A stretch of 64,000 bases of DNA, taken from assembly GCA_963790475.1 (NCBI GenBank), contig CAWBOS010000006.1, forward strand, positions 128,001-192,000, written 5' to 3'. This document shows, in pieces, positions 21,241-30,260 of this stretch. Positions within the stretch are counted from its first letter, which is position 1; the number at the start of each line of letters is the position of its first letter. The notes beneath the pieces are model-generated. The model made no database searches. It was not told the DNA's origin and was given only the letters and a program-made list of their open reading frames with translations. The translations under genes and the position numbers were made by a program. This DNA is from an uncultured delta proteobacterium (lineage in GTDB: Bacteria; Desulfobacterota; RBG-13-43-22).

Positions 21241-21702
21241 GTGACCAAAATAAAACAAACCGAGCCACAAACGGTTATCGAATGGCCCCGGTCTCTAACC
21301 CATGTTCACACCTATGGCCTGCTTTCCCCTTTTTTCAAGGTCTGAAGGAAGGGAAGCTGAAAGGCACTTTCTGCCCTAATAAAAAGTGTCCGGAGGACCT
21401 GCTCTGGATACCAGCACGGGCCCATTGCCCGGACTGCCATAACGGAAATGAAATAGAAAACCCTTCGCAATCCGGTGATCGGGAAAGTCTATGCCTATAC
21501 CGAAGTGGCTTATGCCGGCCCCGGGATTGAGCTTTCCACCCCCTATTGGCAGATCGATGTGCAGATACCCGGTTTGACTACTGTTCCTAAAAGCTATCTT
21601 CTGTATGGTAACCCTTATATTGGGATGAAGGTCAAAGCAGAATTCCGGACCGAAAAACCCACCAATACGGTTCTCGATTATTATTGGGTGCCGGTGGAAT
21701 AA
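21241..21702 (+). pseudogene. DUF35-type Zn-ribbon/OB-fold protein, disrupted
   Basis: GTG 21241 gives TKIKQTEPQTVIEWPRSLTHVHTYGLLSPFFK; frameshift ~21339 to GLKEGKL..CPNKKC..CPDCH; frameshift ~21441 and in-frame TAG 21454-21456; then GKVYAYTEV...GMKVKAEF. Confidence 0.75.
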
Positions 21703-21777
21703 TAGAATGAATCCACTTATTTTTTGATCTTATTCTCCTCGAGGGAGGTCAAAGAGATTACCGGAAAAGGTTTTCCT

Positions 21778-21814
21778 TTTGAGTAGAAGCGGTTTCTGAC
21801 CGCTTCTACTCAAA
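21778..21814. repeat. perfect 16-bp hairpin (REP-like or bidirectional terminator)
   Basis: TTTGAGTAGAAGCGGT-TTCTG-ACCGCTTCTACTCAAA. Confidence 0.7.
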
Positions 21815-22113
21815 TATTGAACCCCTGAGAATCTTATAAGAGAACCTCTATTTTGGGAAAATAATCAGTCGGCCATTCTTTCTTCGAGTCGCTTAGTTAG
21901 GATCCCGGTGTTTTCCCTCCCTATATCCTTTGTATCGAAAAACAAAAAAACCATTACAAAGGAATCAAATATTGCTATAATAAAATCAAACTCCATCGTT
22001 TGAACAACGATTGATCTTTTTTATCGACCTGGTCATCCGAGGAGAGTATCCAAGTGGACCCAGTGATTTGAGATTTGACAGTATCCGAAGGACCGCTATC
22101 CAGAGGAGGCCCC

Positions 22114-23157
22114 ATGTTGTTTAAAGAAGATTATGGAAAACATTTCATTCTTCTACTTCGATGGATTCTCATCATTATTGTTGGAAGTATCCTCTACTTC
22201 AGTTATCCCCTCAACGGACAATTAACACCTTCGATTTTTTTCATCCCTTTTTACATTCTAACCAATCTGGGATTGTGGTTGTGTCCGGAGGGCTGGTTTC
22301 AGAGGCAAGGGTTTATTTTTTTGATCCTGCTGTTAGATATAATCCTCACCACCCTGGCCCTTTTTCTAGCCGTTCAAAACGATTCGCAATTTTACCTGGT
22401 CTTTTTTCTGATCCTCTTGGTTGCCGCCGCCTCCCGACGGGCCAAATTGCTCTATTCCGCCTTTGGCCTGATCCTGATCGTCTATGGGATTTCTTTATAC
22501 TTAAAGGCCCCGGAAAAATTCCTGGAGACAAACACGCTGCTTCGATTTCCTTTTATCTTTATCGTCACCTTTTTCTTCCACGGTATGATGGAATCCTATA
22601 ATCGAATTTTTCAGGAAAAGGAGACCTTGACTGAAGATTATCGGGAATTGGAGGTTCTGACGGAGGTGGCTCAATCCATCGAGCAGGACAGAAACCTGCC
22701 CAAATTTCTACTGACCTTGACCCAAATTATGACTAATAAATTCGAACTTCAGCGCTGTACTGCCGTCTATATGGACCATAAAGAAGAAACTGGCTGTATG
22801 GTTTCTTCGGATGACAGCCCGGAAAAGCAACCCCTCCTTCTCGATTTAAAGAAGTATCCTGCCTTGAAAGAATCTTTAAAAAAAGAACGCACCTCCGGGG
22901 AAACGGAGGTCGAATCTCCTTTATCTGAGAACCCTTCAAGATACATATTAAAAACCATTTCCCTGGATTTCCGTCATAAAAATCTGGGGACTTTGTATCT
23001 TCGGGCCAACACCCCCCAACGGCGATTAACCCACAGGGAAGAATTCTTCCTGAACAGTTTAGCCCACATCGCTGCTATGGCCATTTTTAATTTCGGATTG
23101 GATCGGCTGGCCAAACAAAGGGATAATGGGGATCGAGGTGGCAAGGAATATAGATGA
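22114..23157 (+). CDS. multi-TM membrane protein with C-terminal GAF-like domain
   Basis: about six hydrophobic segments, a coiled linker, then a GAF-like region (LTEVAQSI...LGTLYLR...EEFFLNSLAHIAAMAI); GAGGAGG SD before ATG 22114. Confidence 0.7.
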   Translation: MLFKEDYGKHFILLLRWILIIIVGSILYFSYPLNGQLTPSIFFIPFYILTNLGLWLCPEGWFQRQGFIFLILLLDIILTTLALFLAVQNDSQFYLVFFLILLVAAASRRAKLLYSAFGLILIVYGISLYLKAPEKFLETNTLLRFPFIFIVTFFFHGMMESYNRIFQEKETLTEDYRELEVLTEVAQSIEQDRNLPKFLLTLTQIMTNKFELQRCTAVYMDHKEETGCMVSSDDSPEKQPLLLDLKKYPALKESLKKERTSGETEVESPLSENPSRYILKTISLDFRHKNLGTLYLRANTPQRRLTHREEFFLNSLAHIAAMAIFNFGLDRLAKQRDNGDRGGKEYR

Positions 23158-23992
23158 AAGAATTTTCATGGGCCCGGATGATCCATTATATATCTATGAA
23201 TTGGAAGGAAACCTCTCCGACCCCGAAAGCTTTTTTAGGGAAAACTTTTTGGCCCATTGGCGGGAAGGGGGCAGCCATTTCTTGTTTTTCTCCCACCCCC
23301 AGGAAGAAGATCTTAAGACATTTCTAAAAAGCCAATCTGGAGGCACCTGGGTTCGGACCCATACCCTATCCTATAAAGACTGGCAAGGCGGAGAGCTTTT
23401 GGACTCCTTGTCGGTCGGAAAATTTTTTTTTATTTCCCCTTGGATTTCCCGGCCCGAAGACCCGGAGGGCATCGTTATCCGTCTGGATCCCGGCGTGGTC
23501 TTCGGCTCTGGAACCCACCCTACGACCAGGGACTGCCTTCTGGCTCTCTCCTGGATTTATGATCGGGAACAGCCCCGAAAGGTCCTGGATTTGGGGACGG
23601 GTACAGGAATCCTGTCCTTAGCTGCAGTTTCTTTAGGGGCCGAAGAAGTTCTGGCCGTCGACCTGAATCCGGCTTGTGTCCGGACGACCGAAAAAAATGC
23701 GGAGTCAAACAATCTGAAAACCAGGATCAAGGTCTTGGAAGGCCGGGCTGAAGATTATATTCAGGAACCGGCTGACCTTGTTCTAGCCAACCTTCATTTC
23801 TCAGTAATCAAGGAACTCGTTAAAAACAAATTTCTGTTTGAAAAAAAATGGGTAATCCTTTCCGGCCTGCTGCGCAGTGAATTTCTGGAAGTCAAGCATC
23901 GTTTGCAGGTCCCGGGATTTGAAATCCTTCAAGAAAGGGATTCTGAATTCACCTGGTTTACGATAGTGGGGAGAAATAAAGTGAAATTATGA
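23126..23992 (+). CDS. prmA: PrmA-like SAM methyltransferase (ribosomal protein L11 methyltransferase family)
   Basis: LDPGVVFGSGTHPTT, VLDLGTGTGILS, DLVLANL, ILSGLL. Confidence 0.8.
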   Translation: MGIEVARNIDERIFMGPDDPLYIYELEGNLSDPESFFRENFLAHWREGGSHFLFFSHPQEEDLKTFLKSQSGGTWVRTHTLSYKDWQGGELLDSLSVGKFFFISPWISRPEDPEGIVIRLDPGVVFGSGTHPTTRDCLLALSWIYDREQPRKVLDLGTGTGILSLAAVSLGAEEVLAVDLNPACVRTTEKNAESNNLKTRIKVLEGRAEDYIQEPADLVLANLHFSVIKELVKNKFLFEKKWVILSGLLRSEFLEVKHRLQVPGFEILQERDSEFTWFTIVGRNKVKL

Positions 23993-24447
23993 AGACAGAC
24001 CCAACACCGGAACGATTGGAGTTTTTAACCGTGGATTTCTCCCAAGGCTTTATCGCCGATCTGGGAATGGAGGTTGTCCAATACGAAAAAGGATATCTCG
24101 AATCTCGGATGGAGATCCTGCCTCGACACCGGCAACAGGATCAGTATATCCATGCCGGGGTCCTGGCCACGATGGCCGACCATACCGCCGGTTATGCTGC
24201 TTTTAGTCTGGTGGCCAAAGATTTTAGAATATTAACCCTTGAATTCAAAATCAATTTTTTTCGGCCCGGTTATGGTCAAAGCCTGATCTGTAAATCCCGG
24301 ATCCTTCACCAGGGGGGGCAGGTACTGGTGGGGGAGTCTGAGGTTTATGATCAACAACCGGAAGGGAATTTTCTGGCAGCCAAGGCCATGATCACTTTGA
24401 TGGCAGTCCATGAAAGCAGGATAAAGAGGGTGTCGAGTAACGGTTGA
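23989..24447 (+). CDS. PaaI family thioesterase
   Basis: HAGVLATMADHTAG and LEFKINFFRP hot-dog fold motifs. Confidence 0.9.
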   Translation: MKTDPTPERLEFLTVDFSQGFIADLGMEVVQYEKGYLESRMEILPRHRQQDQYIHAGVLATMADHTAGYAAFSLVAKDFRILTLEFKINFFRPGYGQSLICKSRILHQGGQVLVGESEVYDQQPEGNFLAAKAMITLMAVHESRIKRVSSNG

Positions 24448-24702
24448 AAAGAGGAAAGATGCCCGATGGTGCGGAACGAGACGAAAAGCCGGATTCGAAA
24501 AGAAGGAAGGATCATGGGCTTACGATTTCTTGAGAGGATAACAAAAATCGTTCTTTATTCTTAAATCAAAATATCAAGTCCAACTTTTAATGTCGAACTT
24601 TGCAACGCCATCGTCCCATCTCTCCCCCATAGGTCATCAACCTTCGTCTTCCGGCAATCATCTGGGGAAACTTGCTTTACCCGCGGAGACCGGTTTTTTC
24701 TC

Positions 24703-24767
24703 TTGACAAAAGATTTTAGGAAATTATAATCATATTATAGTTAAATTGTAGTTAATTTATAGCCATT
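24703..24767 (+). promoter_or_regulatory. consensus sigma70 promoter followed by three 11-bp direct repeats
   Basis: TTGACA 24703-24708, 16-nt spacer, TATAAT 24725-24730; repeats TTATAGTTAAA/TTGTAGTTAAT/TTATAGCCATT at 24735-24767. Confidence 0.75.
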
Positions 24768-24799
24768 TGTTGTTCCCATTTTTATGACAGAGGAACTTT

Positions 24800-24991
24800 A
24801 TGACCGCCCAAAAAAAAGAAATAAAATCACCCACTAAGGGAGAAGAACCATTCAAATCTCCTAAGGCAAAATTCGAGGTTTTTGGAGAAGAGATGATCGA
24901 AAAGGAAGTGAAGCAAAGCGGGAACAGCGGGCGCGTTTATCTGCCCCCTGAATGGGTGGGGAAACATGTCAAAATCATAAGGATAGACTGA
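24800..24991 (+). CDS. DUF2080 family small protein (AbrB-like swapped hairpin inferred)
   Basis: EEMIEKEVKQSGNSGRVYLPPEWVGKHVKIIR. Confidence 0.8.
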   Translation: MTAQKKEIKSPTKGEEPFKSPKAKFEVFGEEMIEKEVKQSGNSGRVYLPPEWVGKHVKIIRID

Positions 24992-25455
24992 TGAGACAAA
25001 ATAACAAGTTAAAATCAATAAAAATAAGAACTTTGACAACAAAGGACCTGCCCCAGATCATCAGGATTGAGGAAGCAATAACCAAAACCAAAGTCAGCCA
25101 GCAAAAGAAAGCCTTTTTAAGGGACCACATTCAGAAAGAAGGCAGTGTCAGCTTGGTGGCCCAGGTGGAAGGGCAGGTGGTAGGGTTTATCATCAGCGAA
25201 ATTTTGACCAATAGTTTCGGTTTGGATCAGGGGGGTTGGATTGAAAACTTCGGGATTCTTCCCCAATACATGGGCCAGGGCATCGGGCGAACTCTGGCCC
25301 GTCATCTATTCGAGGTATACTGGAAAAAGAAGATATTCGAAATATATACATCCGTCCGCTGGGATTCGGTCGATCTGCTTTCTTTTTTTAAATCCATAGG
25401 TTTTGACCGCAGCAGCTTTATTAATCTCTATAAAAAGTTGGATGAAAAAGAATAA
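24991..25455 (+). CDS. GNAT family N-acetyltransferase
   Basis: VVGFII, PQYMGQGIGRTL, FFKSIGF; ATG overlaps the upstream TGA. Confidence 0.88.
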   Translation: MRQNNKLKSIKIRTLTTKDLPQIIRIEEAITKTKVSQQKKAFLRDHIQKEGSVSLVAQVEGQVVGFIISEILTNSFGLDQGGWIENFGILPQYMGQGIGRTLARHLFEVYWKKKIFEIYTSVRWDSVDLLSFFKSIGFDRSSFINLYKKLDEKE

Positions 25456-25633
25456 TTTCTGGTTCAGTATGCCTGAACTCAGGGCCTAAATTTTGATAGA
25501 AAAATGACTTCAGCACCTTAAGCCATTCCGAGCTTTCTCCGACCGTGAAGGCTGTTTTAAGTCATGTGGCTGCTACTCAGAATTAATCAAAAAGTTTGCT
25601 ATGGATGCAGGTGATTTTTAAGAGGTATTAAAA

Positions 25634-27643
25634 ATGAGATACGCAGAGACCGGGTTTAATTTGGAAATTGATTTGTCCCGGGGAAATATCGAGAGAGTGG
25701 AAACCGATCCAAAGGACACGGAACTTTATCTGGGGGGCTTAGGTACAAACGCCAAGATACTATGGGACCGGGTTCCCCCAGAAACCTATCCTTTTTCTCC
25801 TGAAAATTTACTGATATTCGGTACCGGTCTTTTATGCGGTACCCCGGCTACCGGCTGTAATCGGACCATTGTAACGACTGTTTCGCCTCAAACGGAGTTG
25901 ATGGCCTTTTCCATGATGGGGGGATTTTGGGCCCCGGAATTGAAATATGCCGGATACGATAAAGTGATCCTGCGCGGCAAGTCCCCCGATCTGGTCTATT
26001 TGTGGATCAACAATGACCAGGTGGAAATACGGAAGGCCTCTCATTTGCAGGGTAAAGGCGCCGTTGAAACACAAGAACTCATTCAGAAGGAATTGAAGGA
26101 GCCCAAGGCCCAGGTGGCGGCTATCGGACTGGCCGGTGAAAACCGCGTCTATTTTGCATCCATCGAACAAGGCCGATCCAGCGCCAGCCGGCAGGGCCTT
26201 GGGGCGGTTATGGGAGACAAAAGGGTAAAAGCCATCGCTGTCCGCGGAACCAAAGATATCCAGGTCGCCCGACCGGATGAGTTTATGGAACTGTGCAAGG
26301 AAGTGCTGGAATATATAAAATTCCGAAATGAAAATCCGATTCCGGGGGTTATGCCCATTTTAGCCGGACTGGGGTCGCCGCAAGAGATGAAAGTCCATGA
26401 TGAAAAGTGGCACACTGAAAATTTCATGTGGGGAAATTCCCGCACCCGCAAGAAGGATTTTTGGAACGAGGAAATCGCCAAGCAGTGGACGGAGACCCTG
26501 GATAGTATGCGGAGGCGACTCATAAGTTGTTATAACTGTCCGATGACCTGCGGGGCCACCATCTCCCCCCCGGGACTTCCCACCTACATGATGAAATGCT
26601 TCTCGAAATTGACCTATACCATGGCGGCGATGTCAGACCTGGAGTTTGGTTTAGGTATCGCTCAAAGGGCCACGGAGTATGGGGTGGACGCGTTCTCGGC
26701 CCCGCAAGTAATGGCCTTTGCCCTGGAACTTTACGAAGCCGGTATTTTGACTGACCAGGACTTTCCGGGAATGCCCTCCGATACCGAGGGGAGATTTTAC
26801 TGGTTGCTGGACCGAATTGTTCGGCGGGAAGGGATCGGAGATGTGTTGGCCAACGGCACGTATTGGGCGGCCAAACAAATCGGCCGGGGGGCGGAGAAGT
26901 ACGCCCATAATAACATCAAGAAACACGAGCAATTGCCTCTCAAGCTGTCCATGCTGAATCCCATTTATTTCCTCATGTATGCTACCGGTGAGAAGATTAA
27001 CATCACCCAGATTGAAGGGCAGTTCCCCCAGTCCCCTTATCCTACCAGAGAGGAGCGGGAAGCCTTTGTCAAGGATTGGTTCCAGGTTCCGGATGAAAAG
27101 TTCAAGCAGATTTTTTTGGACTGGGAACCCCGCGGTGAGAACTCCATGCCCTATTACCCCACAGTGGACATGTGTTGTGATATTGTTGACTGGCAAGAAC
27201 GGATGCACTATATTGATGACGCTCTCGGGATGTGCTCCGGCTTATCCTCATTTCCTCTGAAACCCCCCTATCATCTTCATAATTACCCGAAATTCATCTC
27301 ATCCGGTGCCGGGATCGATATGGATGAAGAAAAACTGACGCAAGCAGTCAAGAGATACCGGACTTTAGTTAGAGCCAATAATACGAGAAGGGGCCTGAGG
27401 AGAAAAGATGAAAAGCCTCCGGAGGATCATTGGAAAAAAAGATTTCCCGAACTTGAAAAGAAACTCTTGGATACCTATTACAAATTCAAGGGGTGGAACG
27501 AAGATGGGATTCCCACAAAGGAATCATTGCATGAACTGGGTTTGGATTATGTGAGCGAAGACTTCGAAAAGAGAGGGATCTATTTAGATCCTGGAAATAC
27601 GCCTTCCGGGGAGACCTTGGTGGAAAAAGGGAAGGAGGCGTAA
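25634..27643 (+). CDS. bamB: class II benzoyl-CoA reductase W-pterin catalytic subunit (AOR family)
   Basis: MRYAETGFNLEIDL start, GLGSPQEMKVHDEKWHTENF, SCYNCPMTC, YMMKCFSKL, TQIEGQFP; closely matches my recollection of Geobacter BamB. Confidence 0.93.
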   Translation: MRYAETGFNLEIDLSRGNIERVETDPKDTELYLGGLGTNAKILWDRVPPETYPFSPENLLIFGTGLLCGTPATGCNRTIVTTVSPQTELMAFSMMGGFWAPELKYAGYDKVILRGKSPDLVYLWINNDQVEIRKASHLQGKGAVETQELIQKELKEPKAQVAAIGLAGENRVYFASIEQGRSSASRQGLGAVMGDKRVKAIAVRGTKDIQVARPDEFMELCKEVLEYIKFRNENPIPGVMPILAGLGSPQEMKVHDEKWHTENFMWGNSRTRKKDFWNEEIAKQWTETLDSMRRRLISCYNCPMTCGATISPPGLPTYMMKCFSKLTYTMAAMSDLEFGLGIAQRATEYGVDAFSAPQVMAFALELYEAGILTDQDFPGMPSDTEGRFYWLLDRIVRREGIGDVLANGTYWAAKQIGRGAEKYAHNNIKKHEQLPLKLSMLNPIYFLMYATGEKINITQIEGQFPQSPYPTREEREAFVKDWFQVPDEKFKQIFLDWEPRGENSMPYYPTVDMCCDIVDWQERMHYIDDALGMCSGLSSFPLKPPYHLHNYPKFISSGAGIDMDEEKLTQAVKRYRTLVRANNTRRGLRRKDEKPPEDHWKKRFPELEKKLLDTYYKFKGWNEDGIPTKESLHELGLDYVSEDFEKRGIYLDPGNTPSGETLVEKGKEA

Positions 27644-27645
27644 TC

Positions 27646-28188
27646 GTGGCGGGTGAGAAAACAAAGAAGATCATTAAAACGATAAAAGTTGATGCTGACA
27701 AATGCAATGGTTGCCGGTCCTGTGAGGTCATCTGCTCCGCCTTTCACGCCGCCCCAAAATACAGCAGCAATAATCCGGCCAGGTCTCGTATCCGGGTGAT
27801 TCGTGAGCCACTCAGAGACATATATGTTCCGGTATATGCAGGGGAATATGCTTCAGCCGAATGTATGGGCCGGGACAAGTATGTGATTGACGGAAAGGAA
27901 TACGAAGAGTGCGCTTTCTGCCGGGCTTCCTGCCCGTCACGGGACCTTTTCAAAGAACCTGACTCCGGTCTCCCTCTAAAATGTGATATGTGTGAAGGTG
28001 AAGAATCGCCCTTGTGTGTTCAGTGGTGCATAACCGATGCCTTGACCTATGAACAAAGGGAAGAGGAGGCCGAAGAAGAGATGAAGCCCGAGGACATGGA
28101 AATCGGATTGGAAACGCTGGTAGAAAAATATGGCTTAGAGAAGGTGTCGGAAACCGTTGCCCGGATGTCCCTGTCCAAGAAGGAATGA
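27646..28188 (+). CDS. bamC: class II benzoyl-CoA reductase 4Fe-4S subunit
   Basis: CNGCRSCEVIC, SNNPARSRIRV, CAFCRASCPSR, KCDMC..LCVQWC; 2 bp after bamB. Confidence 0.9.
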   Translation: MAGEKTKKIIKTIKVDADKCNGCRSCEVICSAFHAAPKYSSNNPARSRIRVIREPLRDIYVPVYAGEYASAECMGRDKYVIDGKEYEECAFCRASCPSRDLFKEPDSGLPLKCDMCEGEESPLCVQWCITDALTYEQREEEAEEEMKPEDMEIGLETLVEKYGLEKVSETVARMSLSKKE

Positions 28189-28272
28189 GTAAGTATTTGA
28201 AATTTGTTTCTCTCAAAATTTTAGAGCTTGTTTAGTTGATAAGCTCGTAAAGTAACATCAATGATTATTTTC

Positions 28273-28343
28273 GTCATTCCGGGCTTGACCCGGAATCCAG
28301 GGCTTTTTATTTTTCCTGGACCCCGGCTTTCGCCGGGGAGACG
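28273..28343. repeat. REP-like doublet palindrome
   Basis: GTCATTCCGGGCTTGACCCGGAATCCAG-15nt-CTGGACCCCGGCTTTCGCCGGGGAGACG. Confidence 0.75.
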
Positions 28344-28432
28344 GTTGTCACGAGTTACTCGTTGGGATTTTAGATAAAGGGCTTTGTTTACTAAACCCGC
28401 GACCAGTAACCCGCAGCAAGAAAAGGAAACCC

Positions 28433-29584
28433 GTGGAGACCGCAGCCCCCTATAAAGAGATCATCGAGGTCATCAAGGCCAATGGTGGAGATGCCTTCAA
28501 ATTATGCTATCAATGCGGGTTATGCGACGCGGTCTGTCCCTGGAACAGGGTTAGAACCTTCAGCATACGCAAGATAGTTCGGGAGGCCACGTTCGGTTTG
28601 ACGGAGATTGAAAGTGAAGACTTGTGGCGTTGTACGACCTGCGGAAGGTGCCCGCAGCAGTGTCCTCGGGATGTCAGACAGATAGAATCCGGGGTGGCCT
28701 TACGCCGGATTGCCACGGAATATGGAGTTTTTCCAGCTTCCGTCAAGCCTCTTCGCGCCGTGGGCTCAAGCCTCCTTAGCGAAGGTAATCCCTTTGGCGA
28801 AGGGCGAAAAAATAGGGCCGATTGGGCGGAAGGACTTTCGGTGCAAACTTTCACCGAAGGGATGGAAATCTTATATTTTCCCGGCTGCTACCTCAGCTAT
28901 GATCCGAGATTAAAAAAGGTAGCTCGGGCCACGGCCCATATCCTTAACCAGGCCGGAGTAGATTTCGGGATACTGGGCTCCAAGGAGAATTGCTGTGGAG
29001 AAAGCATCCGCAAGACGGGCGATGAAGCATTATTCAAACGCCTGGCCAGGGAAAACATCAAAACCTTTATCGATCATGGGGTGAAGAAAATCCTGGTTTC
29101 TTCCCCGCACTGCTACCATACTTTCAAAAACGAGTATCCTGAATTCAGGGTCAACTTTGAGGTGGTTCATATCTCCCAATATTTATTTGCGCTGATTAAT
29201 GAGGGGAGGCTTGAGATCAAAAAGGACTATGGGAAAAAAGTTACTTTTCATGACCCTTGTTACCTGGGTCGACATAACGGTCTATATGACGAGCCCCGAG
29301 AGGTCTTAAAGAAGATACCTGGTTTAGAGTTGATTGAGATGGCTGAGTCGCGCGGAGATAGCCTCTGTTGCGGAGGCGGAGGAGGAAGAATTTGGATGGA
29401 AACTCCCAAAGGGGAAAGATTCTCCGACCTCAGAGTCGAACAAGCTATCGAGGTCGGGGCAGAGGTACTGGCTACCGCCTGCCCCTATTGCATCACCAAT
29501 TTTGAAGATAGCCGGTTGAACAGAGAAGATAGTGAAGTCATAGAGATTAAGGACATCACGGAAATTCTCCAGGAAGTGATTTAG
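28433..29584 (+). CDS. bamD: HdrC/HdrD-like Fe-S protein with CCG domains
   Basis: CYQCGLCDAVCP, CTTCGRCPQQCP, ENCCG, FHDPCYLGRHN, CCGGGGG, TACPYC. Confidence 0.87.
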   Translation: METAAPYKEIIEVIKANGGDAFKLCYQCGLCDAVCPWNRVRTFSIRKIVREATFGLTEIESEDLWRCTTCGRCPQQCPRDVRQIESGVALRRIATEYGVFPASVKPLRAVGSSLLSEGNPFGEGRKNRADWAEGLSVQTFTEGMEILYFPGCYLSYDPRLKKVARATAHILNQAGVDFGILGSKENCCGESIRKTGDEALFKRLARENIKTFIDHGVKKILVSSPHCYHTFKNEYPEFRVNFEVVHISQYLFALINEGRLEIKKDYGKKVTFHDPCYLGRHNGLYDEPREVLKKIPGLELIEMAESRGDSLCCGGGGGRIWMETPKGERFSDLRVEQAIEVGAEVLATACPYCITNFEDSRLNREDSEVIEIKDITEILQEVI

Positions 29585-29651
29585 GGAACCGAAAACAACC
29601 TGTCAGGCATTCTCAGTATGAAAAATTAGTACCTCCGGAGGGATTAGAATT

Positions 29652-30143
29652 ATGAAGATGAATCCTGATTTGATTTCTCCATGTGGTCTTTATTGCGGAG
29701 TCTGTGCCATTTATATCGCTTATCAGGATAATAATCAGAAATTTAAAGAGCGGTTAGTTAATCTTTACCAGGGAGAAGTTCCCGGCAAAGGTGTTCTTCC
29801 TAATAGTGAAAACCTTTCCATAGAAGATATTAAATGCCGTGGCTGCTTATCCGATGAACAATTTATGCATTGCCGACAGTGTGGGATCCGGGCCTGCACA
29901 AGAGAGAAAGGTTACGCCGGATGCCATCAATGCGATGAATTTCCCTGCCGGTATATTGAAGATTTTCCCATGGCCGTCGGCAAAAAGGTTATTTTGCGGG
30001 CTATCCCCTATTGGCGAGAGGTCGGTACTGAAAAATGGGTGCAAGATGAAGAAGCCCGATATGTTTGTCCCGAATGCGGCCATAGAGTTTTCCGGGGAGT
30101 TATAAAGTGTAATCACTGTAAAGTGAAGTTGGATCTGGACTAG
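29652..30143 (+). CDS. DUF3795-type Cys-rich protein
   Basis: SPCGLYCGVC, CRGC, CRQCGIRAC, CHQCDEFPC, CPECG, CNHC. Confidence 0.8.
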   Translation: MKMNPDLISPCGLYCGVCAIYIAYQDNNQKFKERLVNLYQGEVPGKGVLPNSENLSIEDIKCRGCLSDEQFMHCRQCGIRACTREKGYAGCHQCDEFPCRYIEDFPMAVGKKVILRAIPYWREVGTEKWVQDEEARYVCPECGHRVFRGVIKCNHCKVKLDLD

Positions 30144-30260
30144 TTTTTATTGGTTAGACAAAACGGTTTCGGCTATAACAACATAATTTTCAGGCGAAGG
30201 CAGAGGGGAGAAGCTGCCCCTTTTCCGGTTTCTTAGGTGGGCCAATAAGGAAATAGTAAA

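Noticed and set aside
25456-25633. Moco/tungsten-cofactor riboswitch upstream of bamB
   Set aside because: A stem ATGACTT...AAGTCAT (25504-25565) exists, but I cannot find the conserved GCCUCC...GAAAGG 3' elements; an Rfam scan would be needed
25634-27643. Generic aldehyde:ferredoxin oxidoreductase
   Set aside because: BamB-specific segments (QEMKVHDEKWH, MMKCF) and the bamCDEF context favour benzoyl-CoA reductase
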